UHGV virus genome: UHGV-0038492
From: a virus
DNA: 64,000 nt
Strand: one strand, 5' to 3'
Shown here: positions 56,942-64,000 of the stretch, piece by piece
Layout: each line of letters starts with the position of its first letter
Position numbering within the stretch: the stretch's first letter is position 1
Program-made: the position numbers and the translations under genes
Notes under the pieces: generated by a model
Told to the model about the DNA's origin: nothing
What the model saw: the letters and a program-made list of their open reading frames with translations, nothing else
Database searches by the model: none

Positions 56942-58504
56942 TCAAAAGAGTTCGTCACCCATACCGCCTGTAAAGACGTTAATCGACGATGCAGTCACTG
57001 TTTCTTCTTTATCGCAATCCCAAGGCAGAATGCCAACTTCACGGAAAGGTATTACTGTATAATGGTAAGCTTCTTTAGTATCGATAATTGTACGGTGTTT
57101 ACCACGTTGTACTTCTAAGTAACTATGTCCATTGACAACACGTTTGTTAAAATACATCTCACCGTCAGCTTCGTTATCCAAGCTGGAGCAGTTATCGTAA
57201 AGACCGCGACCTGGTAAGTTCTTACAGAAACTTGCTGGGTCTAACGCTTTTAATTTTTTGCCTTCTGGTGAGATTTGGTGTGGTGCTAACAAGAAACCAC
57301 GGTTACGTACTACCTGGATGTTTCGAGCGATACGATAAATTTCTTTAATGTCGCTACCGGCAATCCCGTTACCGTGACCTGCTTTACTGATAGTCCCGAA
57401 ATAGTCTCCGCGAATCCCAGCTACATGATAACCTCGACGCTTTAAGTCCAGTATTAAGTCGTTTAAGTAGTGTATTTTAAAATCTGAGTTTGTGTGTTTC
57501 TGAAAGATGTATTCCCAACCGTTAGCCCGCATTTTACTACAGAGGTAGTCCGACATTTTTGTGTTGTGTAAAGCTTTCTCTTCGTCGGTAGCGTTTTCAG
57601 AAGCAACCATAACCGGTGCTTCACCTTCAAAATGACCGTAGAGCGCTTGGTACGCATACGCCAAGTTAACGTCCAGTTCGTTCTCTAAACTTAAATCGAG
57701 AATAACCGGCTGCAAATCCCCTTTAACATTTTCCATTACTTTTTCGGGTGTATTGAATACCGGAATACTGATAGACAACAACAGACTAAAAAGTGATTTA
57801 CAGTTAAAAGGCAGTGCAGGCATTAACCAAAGCTCTTCGGTAATCCCTTTGTTACAACCCAGCATCTGGTTAATGGCTTTCCATCCGGTACGTAAACCGT
57901 TACCCGCTGCTTTCTTACTGATGGAGTCGAACACATGCACGAACGGTGCACGGTTATCCGTAATAAGCTCGCCTACGAGTGAGGGAATCTTATTATGAGA
58001 GCGTTCACTGAACGTAGAGAGACTATCTCTGAGGTCGTTGAGCGCCGTTTGTAAATCAACGCGCGTTTCGGTTCCGTTCAGTGCGCCTAACGTACGACCT
58101 AATTTTTGTTTCAGTTGTACGCCTTGAATAGCTTGACGTAATTGGAAGTAGTATTGTGCTACTTGACGGTTAAGATGCTCGATGCGTGCTTCTGGTTCTT
58201 CTGGAATATCATCTTCCAGGAATTTGGTAATCGTATCGTATAGAGGACGTATTTGCGTAGTGGCCAACTTCAAACGTTTCATGACGTTTGTGTGGTCGTA
58301 AGGCATACCGCCGTCTATGATGGATGTGATGATATCCTTGATTTCGACGAGGGCGGCACGTTCGTCACCTTCCTCTACGTAATCAGGAAGCTTAGCCTCT
58401 AACAGCACTTTTCTTATGACCTCATGATCCTTCTCAGGGTCGGTCAACAGACTTTCAGTGTATAGTGTGGCTAATGCGGTTATCAACATCATTTTGTTAT
58501 TCAT
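56942..58504 (-). CDS. hypothetical protein (520 aa), antisense to the surrounding plus-strand cluster
   Basis: minus-strand ORF; AAGGA upstream of ATG; hairpin 'ggggagccgaagctcccc' just beyond its stop. Confidence 0.6.
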   Translation of the reverse strand: MNNKMMLITALATLYTESLLTDPEKDHEVIRKVLLEAKLPDYVEEGDERAALVEIKDIITSIIDGGMPYDHTNVMKRLKLATTQIRPLYDTITKFLEDDIPEEPEARIEHLNRQVAQYYFQLRQAIQGVQLKQKLGRTLGALNGTETRVDLQTALNDLRDSLSTFSERSHNKIPSLVGELITDNRAPFVHVFDSISKKAAGNGLRTGWKAINQMLGCNKGITEELWLMPALPFNCKSLFSLLLSISIPVFNTPEKVMENVKGDLQPVILDLSLENELDVNLAYAYQALYGHFEGEAPVMVASENATDEEKALHNTKMSDYLCSKMRANGWEYIFQKHTNSDFKIHYLNDLILDLKRRGYHVAGIRGDYFGTISKAGHGNGIAGSDIKEIYRIARNIQVVRNRGFLLAPHQISPEGKKLKALDPASFCKNLPGRGLYDNCSSLDNEADGEMYFNKRVVNGHSYLEVQRGKHRTIIDTKEAYHYTVIPFREVGILPWDCDKEETVTASSINVFTGGMGDELF

Positions 58505-58517
58505 GGAGCATCCTTAA

Positions 58518-59042
58518 ATGCAAATTCGTTTTAGTCCACCGTGGGAAGTTCAGCCTAACATAGATAAAGGCGCTGCCGTTAAAAGTGTAGAATTGCTCCA
58601 GGCAGGGTTCTTTAACTGGTTATATGACTGTCCGAATGGTTTCAGTTCTATCATTATACCTGAAGTAAGTCGTTCTGCTATTTATAAAGCGTTAATGGCT
58701 CCGCCTGTACTTCCAGGTAAATATTATGATCAGGTGTTACGTCTGGTCGAATCAGGCGAAAAGGTTTCCCTTGACGATTTATATGGGGAAACAATTCCTT
58801 GTCGCTTACGCTGGGTCTTTACCCAACGTGGTGATACGATTGTGGCGTCATTTGCAGAAGCGAAGTCCGGTTCGGGTTTTTCTTCGGGTGAAGACCACGC
58901 TGCGAAAAAGATGTTCTGCGCAGAACTTTTTAAATATATGCGTACCAAGACTCGCGTCGTGGATGACTGCTTCAGTACCTCAACGCAGTTTGCCGCTAAC
59001 GAAGTGCTGACGCAATTATACGCATGTCATTTATCTCATTAA
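58518..59042 (+). CDS. hypothetical protein
   Basis: 174 aa; RBS 'ggagcatccttaaATG'; start 13 nt from divergent gene start. Confidence 0.55.
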   Translation: MQIRFSPPWEVQPNIDKGAAVKSVELLQAGFFNWLYDCPNGFSSIIIPEVSRSAIYKALMAPPVLPGKYYDQVLRLVESGEKVSLDDLYGETIPCRLRWVFTQRGDTIVASFAEAKSGSGFSSGEDHAAKKMFCAELFKYMRTKTRVVDDCFSTSTQFAANEVLTQLYACHLSH

Positions 59043-59054
59043 GGTATTAAACAA

Positions 59055-61340
59055 ATGAAAGATACCCGAATCTCTAATTTAGAGAAACTCGTAGAAGCCG
59101 GTACTAGTCTGGCCCAAAACGTCATCGGCAACAACACCGCCAGCGAAATGTGGAATACGATTGTTGCAGGCGAGTCCGTACGCAGCAACGCAAAAGTGTT
59201 TGGCGTTCTGCGTGACGAAGCATCACAGCACTATGCCAACGCTTTTGGTGGCAAGAAAATGTCTCATGCTGCGACTGTCGCCTCCGCAATGATTCTGGGT
59301 GCAGCTAACCACGGTAAAGACCTGCAAGAACGTGTTGCCCAGGAATACGCTAAGCCGGAATTCCACACCAAGTATAACCTGGATATTGGTATCCCTGGTG
59401 CGCAAGGTGGTGACTGGGGTCGTGAGCGCATGGTTGTTGCTCAGGAATATTACAGCAACAAAGACTACGACAAAAACCTGGGCCTGACCTGGACCCTGAA
59501 CGTACGTGCTCTGGAAACTCAGTCCAAGTTTGCTGAAACGCTGTTCCCGACCATTACCGTTGACACCAACGATGTTGGTATTACCGTACGTACTAAAGTG
59601 ACTACCGTTTCTCGCGGTATCATGAACGCGCTGCTGAGCAAAGACGTGGTTGAAGACCATCGTCGTCCGCTGCACAACGCACTGACTGACCACACCGTTC
59701 TCCAGGACGAAGCGATCAACATCGTTCCTTACGTAATGGAAACCGGTGAAAACCAGGAATACTTCGTAAGCGAAGAACTGGTTCCGAACGAAAAAGTTCG
59801 CCTGGGTCGTGTACCTCCGTACCCGACTAACTACCTGAGCTTTGCAAACGACACGCTGAACCTGTTCCAGCTGTCTGCGCATCCGGGTATCGTTCAGGAA
59901 GGTTACGATGAAACTGATGAAATCGCACCGGGTTGTGCTCTGGGCAGCCTGCTGATTTCTGTACGTAAACCTGCCGAAGAAGCGAAAGCAGGTAAATTCA
60001 TCAAACTACACGTTCGTGACATGCAGTTCGCAACCTTCCAGCGTCCTGCTGAAGGTGACGGCCGTGAACTGGTTCTGCAATTCCGTCGTACCGCGTTCTC
60101 TCTGAATGCGAAAACCACTGACTGGAAAGGCGACGCTATTCCGGCTCTGCAAGCACTGGGTCAGAACTCCTACACCCTGCGCTACGTTATCACCATCACC
60201 ATGTCCCTGTTCACCAGCGGCCAGTTCGGTGGTAAAGTAGACATTTCCGGCCACAAACTGGAAATCGAAGGTCTGTACGATGCAACTGGTAACAAAGTTG
60301 ATACCAAGTCTGGTACCGGTAAAGTTATCCTGGACGGCCTGAAACTCGAACTGATGGGCTGGCGCTTCGATGGTACTCGTACCAACGAAAACCGTCGTAC
60401 CCAGGGTCTGCTGCTTGACCCAATTTGGGAACAGGAAAACTACAAACTGCAATACGGTTCTCCGATTCTGACCAAGTCTCCGGTTGGTGTTGAATACGAC
60501 GACACTGAACGTCTGGACGACCTGATCTCTGCGGTGAACATCCGTAACGAACAGCTGGCTATTACTCAGACGCTGTCTTACACTGAAGCAGTACGTAACG
60601 CAGCCGCTGCGATGATCACTCCGTGGGACAAACCGGCTATCCGTGGTCTGGGCCGTCACTGGGTTGCTCCGTGGTTCAAAGAGTCTGACTACAAAGTCGA
60701 TGAAGTTGTTCAGTCTCTGGATACCAAAGAAGCGCTGATCAACGCTCGTCAGGGTCTGTTGCAGCGTATCGGTAGCCAGGTAACTCAGGCTATCCAGGAT
60801 TCTCGTTTCATTCCTGCACTGCGCCTGCTGACCGCTGATCCGGACATTCTGCCGAAAGTTATCATCGCAACTGACGAACCGACTGCATCTATGCTGCTGC
60901 TGGTTCAGGGCGACCAACGTCTGCTGGGCGACCGTTATGAATACGAAGTCGTTACCACCAACGATGACCGCTGGCGTATCTACAACGCAGCTGACGATTC
61001 CTGGACTCGTCGTCTGCAATGGTTCCTGAAAGTTCCGACTGCGGACGATGGTTCCTACTGCGTACTGAACTGGGGTAACCACTTCTGGTCTCCGATCATG
61101 GTTACCAACATCAACATCCAGCGTAACGGTTCTACTTCTAAAGAACTGGCTGTACAGCCGCGTAACGCGCATATCTGCCACTGCCCGATCACTGGTCTGA
61201 TTTGGGTTAAAGGCATCACCAAACTGGTTGAAGAAAAACTGGCTTACAACGTTTCTGTAGAACAGAACGGCCAGAAACAAACCGACGGTGGTGTAGCAGG
61301 TAATGTTGCTGGCGACGGTAAAGACAAAGCTGGTAAATAA
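59055..61340 (+). CDS. candidate major capsid protein (abundant structural protein)
   Basis: 761 aa; strong RBS; extreme codon optimisation (424-aa and 219-aa antisense open frames); size matches phiKZ-type major capsid proteins. Confidence 0.65.
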   Translation: MKDTRISNLEKLVEAGTSLAQNVIGNNTASEMWNTIVAGESVRSNAKVFGVLRDEASQHYANAFGGKKMSHAATVASAMILGAANHGKDLQERVAQEYAKPEFHTKYNLDIGIPGAQGGDWGRERMVVAQEYYSNKDYDKNLGLTWTLNVRALETQSKFAETLFPTITVDTNDVGITVRTKVTTVSRGIMNALLSKDVVEDHRRPLHNALTDHTVLQDEAINIVPYVMETGENQEYFVSEELVPNEKVRLGRVPPYPTNYLSFANDTLNLFQLSAHPGIVQEGYDETDEIAPGCALGSLLISVRKPAEEAKAGKFIKLHVRDMQFATFQRPAEGDGRELVLQFRRTAFSLNAKTTDWKGDAIPALQALGQNSYTLRYVITITMSLFTSGQFGGKVDISGHKLEIEGLYDATGNKVDTKSGTGKVILDGLKLELMGWRFDGTRTNENRRTQGLLLDPIWEQENYKLQYGSPILTKSPVGVEYDDTERLDDLISAVNIRNEQLAITQTLSYTEAVRNAAAAMITPWDKPAIRGLGRHWVAPWFKESDYKVDEVVQSLDTKEALINARQGLLQRIGSQVTQAIQDSRFIPALRLLTADPDILPKVIIATDEPTASMLLLVQGDQRLLGDRYEYEVVTTNDDRWRIYNAADDSWTRRLQWFLKVPTADDGSYCVLNWGNHFWSPIMVTNINIQRNGSTSKELAVQPRNAHICHCPITGLIWVKGITKLVEEKLAYNVSVEQNGQKQTDGGVAGNVAGDGKDKAGK

Positions 61341-61352
61341 TACCGAATAAAA

Positions 61353-61396
61353 AGTGTCTAAGCCCTTCGGGGCTTAGACCTTTTATTTTTTTCTTT
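61353..61396 (+). terminator. rho-independent terminator
   Basis: 'gtctaagcccttcggggcttagac' followed by long T-run. Confidence 0.8.
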
Positions 61397-61408
61397 CTAT
61401 TATTTTTT

Positions 61409-61437
61409 GGATAGATATTATCAAAGGGAGACTGTCA
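61409..61437 (+). promoter_or_regulatory. phage promoter-like motif, copy 7
   Basis: 'ggatagatattatcaaagggagactgtcag'. Confidence 0.45.
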
Positions 61438-61457
61438 GTTGGTTTAAAGGAGACTTT

Positions 61458-61508
61458 ATGGAAAAATTACAGTTAAAACTAAAGATATGTACCATTATTA
61501 AAACTTAA
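61458..61508 (+). other. 16-codon upstream mini-ORF with strong RBS, in frame with the downstream gene and separated from it by one TAA
   Basis: 'aaaggagactttATG'; MEKLQLKLKICTIIKT-stop, then 4 codons, then ATG at 61521. Confidence 0.35.
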
Positions 61509-61520
61509 TCTGGCCCCTAC

Positions 61521-62531
61521 ATGAACCGTCTTGATATTGATGTGGTGCCCAGTATTACTGACCGCTCGTTGTATCAAAAGTCAGGACTGCAAAAACTCAT
61601 CACTTTTGAGAATAATACTGGTGTGCCAATTTACGTCACTGAAACCAGTGGCGGTAGCTTTATTTTAACTCCGTCCAAAAGCCCGGCTGATGAGCATGGG
61701 GTTGTTGTTTATGTAACGTATCAATCGTTCGGAAATCTGGTTAACCTGAACGGGTTTGCAGAAGTCTTACCAGAAAAACAATTCACTAAATTCTGTGCAG
61801 ATTTAAAGGAGAAAGGAGAGGTCACACTCCGATACGTGGTTGACGATATCGGTGCTTTATTACGTGGGGACTTGGTTGTATTGAAGCAGCTAGGATTCGC
61901 ATTTTCAATCACACCAGTTCGATTAGAAAGTACGCCACCGAGCGTAAGACCAGGAGGCGAGAGAACTGAATTTACATTAGGTGTTATTGTTGTGCAGCGT
62001 TACGACGATCCCGAACTATATCGATGGATTAGATTCTACGGAACGCGCATGGAAGTACAACCGATTCTATCTCGATATTACGAACCGGGTGTGTACATGG
62101 TAATCGGAGGAGGAGACAAAGTAGAAGGGAGTAGGATGATTCACTTCGAGTTCGATGACTTACTGTCACCGTTCCGTGTTTTTAAAGATAAAGAAACAGC
62201 CACTGCGTTTCGATGGCAAGAAACGTTACCGGATATTCACGAGATAAAGGAAAAGCTGGAAAGTCAATACAGAGAAAAATTAGAAAGTTTGGATTCGGCA
62301 AAAGACAAACTGGAAATAGAACACAAAAAACAACTACAGAATTTGGCTTTGGAAAAGGAGCGTTTGACTCTAGCGTATAAACAACAAGAACTAGAAGCAA
62401 AGTCTCGGGCAGAGGCACGAAAAGAATTCTACGAGACTCGTTCTTACATTCGTAAAGATGGGTCAGACCTATTTAAATCAGTCCCTGCGTATCTGGCGGC
62501 GGGTGTCGCATTTATAGGGATGCTAAAGTAA
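61521..62531 (+). CDS. hypothetical protein with C-terminal coiled-coil and hydrophobic tail
   Basis: 336-aa ORF; no RBS of its own; tail 'AYLAAGVAFIGMLK'. Confidence 0.5.
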   Translation: MNRLDIDVVPSITDRSLYQKSGLQKLITFENNTGVPIYVTETSGGSFILTPSKSPADEHGVVVYVTYQSFGNLVNLNGFAEVLPEKQFTKFCADLKEKGEVTLRYVVDDIGALLRGDLVVLKQLGFAFSITPVRLESTPPSVRPGGERTEFTLGVIVVQRYDDPELYRWIRFYGTRMEVQPILSRYYEPGVYMVIGGGDKVEGSRMIHFEFDDLLSPFRVFKDKETATAFRWQETLPDIHEIKEKLESQYREKLESLDSAKDKLEIEHKKQLQNLALEKERLTLAYKQQELEAKSRAEARKEFYETRSYIRKDGSDLFKSVPAYLAAGVAFIGMLK

Positions 62532-62541
62532 GGAGCGTGGC

Positions 62542-64000
62542 GTGTTTAAAGATGCAATCAGAAAGCTTAAAGAGGATGGCAAAATAGTACCCTTTAACCG
62601 AGCGATTGCGGAAGGTGTCGGTTATACACAGGCCAAAGACGGTATACACGAGCGTGTTCAGATTATCTTGAAACGTGAGCTGGATTATCATCCTGTTGAT
62701 AATCCGCGTGTTCCTGAAGGGCTGGCTGTATTAGGCGTACGGTTAATGTCACCGTTTGAAACGTTCATCTATAAGCTGTCTCGTTCTGAGAGCAGCAGAA
62801 TGGATAGACGTCGTGGTGTGATGTCCATTGCGAATACTGATGCGTATATGGTCATGTCAACATTCCGTATTCCAGGAGATTCTCGACCGATCTCAAGACC
62901 GATTAACTTACCCTTTATCCGTCGTGGTGGTTTAATGAACTACTACGGTACGACGTATCACGTTGCACCGGTTATTCACCAGCCAGGTATCTGTCGCGAA
63001 CACGGTGGGGTATTTGTTAACTTTGACTTTAAACGTAAAGCCTCGTTGAAATTCTGTAAGCAACCTGTCCGTGTGTTAGTCAACGGCAAGAAAGAGGAGC
63101 TATTCTTACCAGGCACCAAAAACCTGTTCAAAGCGAAGAACGCAACACATCCTGATACTGACGAGAAACCGTTAATGTATTGGTTGTTCGGACGTTACGG
63201 ATTTAAAGAAGCGATTAAACGCTATACTGGTGTTGACGTAGAAATTTATCCGTCGTTTAAGATCCCAGAACTCGATCTCAACGAGAAAGTTGTAATCAGT
63301 TCCGGTGAATCGAAATATAACCGTTCGATAATGTACGCGGTTGTCGTGCCCGCGGAAGCATTGCCGAACGTGGATAAAGTCGGTTGGGATCAAAACGAGC
63401 ATTTGTTGCTGGCCGCAATTGCCGCGTTCTTCAAAGCCGCTCATTACTATTGCAGTAAACAATCCATTAAGAACGGTAACGTCACGCCGCTCCCGCCGCT
63501 GTTTACCGCAATTAACGAGTTAGCGATGGAAGACGATATTGCTAACCTGAACTCTGCTCCGATTTGGCGTGAGATTCTGGGAAGAAGTATCGTAGGACTA
63601 AAACCTTCCGATATTGAGTTAGCACACAGTATGGCGAAACACTATACTGAATGCGATCGCTATGTTAACTCAACGTTCCGTGCAGAACTGAAGATGACCG
63701 ATCCCGACATTCCAGACGACATGGATATGTTCGATTTCTTCTGGTATGCAACGAAGCTGATGGTACGTACCCGTTTAACCAAACAGGGTGACATTCCGTC
63801 AATGTACGGAAAACGTTTAACCGTAACTGACTACTTACTGTTAGGTGACCGTGGCTTTACACCAACGGTAGCGGCTATTCGTTTCCACCTGGGACAAACG
63901 GAGAATCGTTCGCCAGAATCCTGCGCGAATATGATTCGTAGCGCACTCAATAAAGAAATTGTCACGAGTCTGGTGTTGCGTAATATCACTGGTAACGGTG
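62542..64000 (+). CDS. hypothetical protein, 3'-partial (runs off the window end)
   Basis: GTG start with AGGAG 6 nt upstream; frame open to position 64000. Confidence 0.5.
   Translation, partial: MFKDAIRKLKEDGKIVPFNRAIAEGVGYTQAKDGIHERVQIILKRELDYHPVDNPRVPEGLAVLGVRLMSPFETFIYKLSRSESSRMDRRRGVMSIANTDAYMVMSTFRIPGDSRPISRPINLPFIRRGGLMNYYGTTYHVAPVIHQPGICREHGGVFVNFDFKRKASLKFCKQPVRVLVNGKKEELFLPGTKNLFKAKNATHPDTDEKPLMYWLFGRYGFKEAIKRYTGVDVEIYPSFKIPELDLNEKVVISSGESKYNRSIMYAVVVPAEALPNVDKVGWDQNEHLLLAAIAAFFKAAHYYCSKQSIKNGNVTPLPPLFTAINELAMEDDIANLNSAPIWREILGRSIVGLKPSDIELAHSMAKHYTECDRYVNSTFRAELKMTDPDIPDDMDMFDFFWYATKLMVRTRLTKQGDIPSMYGKRLTVTDYLLLGDRGFTPTVAAIRFHLGQTENRSPESCANMIRSALNKEIVTSLVLRNITGNG

Noticed and set aside
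59223-61280. 219-aa and 424-aa minus-strand ORFs
   Set aside because: Both lie antisense inside the putative capsid gene 59055..61340 and reflect its codon bias.
1-64000. Prophage or mobile-element hallmarks (integrase, transposase, attachment-site repeats) and CRISPR arrays
   Set aside because: No tyrosine or serine recombinase motifs, no terminal inverted repeats and no regularly spaced direct repeats were seen; the region looks like core lytic phage genome.

Overview
The window reads as a densely packed, mostly plus-strand segment of a large lytic (jumbo) phage genome, resembling the phiKZ-like / nucleus-forming lineage that carries split multisubunit RNA polymerases. This lineage assignment is inference from gene content, since no database search was possible. 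About 60 protein-coding genes are supported, with short intergenic gaps, frequent stop/start overlaps and many hairpin-plus-T-run terminators. Recognisable products are: an RNA polymerase beta-prime N-terminal subunit interrupted by a group I intron (8510..10467), an RNAP beta C-terminal fragment (20167..22407), two beta-prime C-terminal-like proteins (22407..24506 and 30461..31762), a DExH helicase, an SbcD/Mre11-like phosphoesterase, a family-B DNA polymerase N-terminal fragment on the minus strand (32333..34114), dihydrofolate reductase, and four strongly codon-optimised genes that are probably the most abundant proteins (6583..8421, the paralog pair 44673..45944 / 46027..47292, and 59055..61340). 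Most other genes are hypothetical. No rRNA, tRNA, CRISPR array, integrase or transposase was found. The strongest hunt results are the intron with canonical P/Q/R/S core elements, a TTTTTTC slippery site that would fuse ORFs 27163..29121 and 29235..29543, a recurring ~15-bp promoter-like motif, FG-rich tails sharing a PTNSFG motif, and several small genes missed by the 60-aa ORF cutoff.
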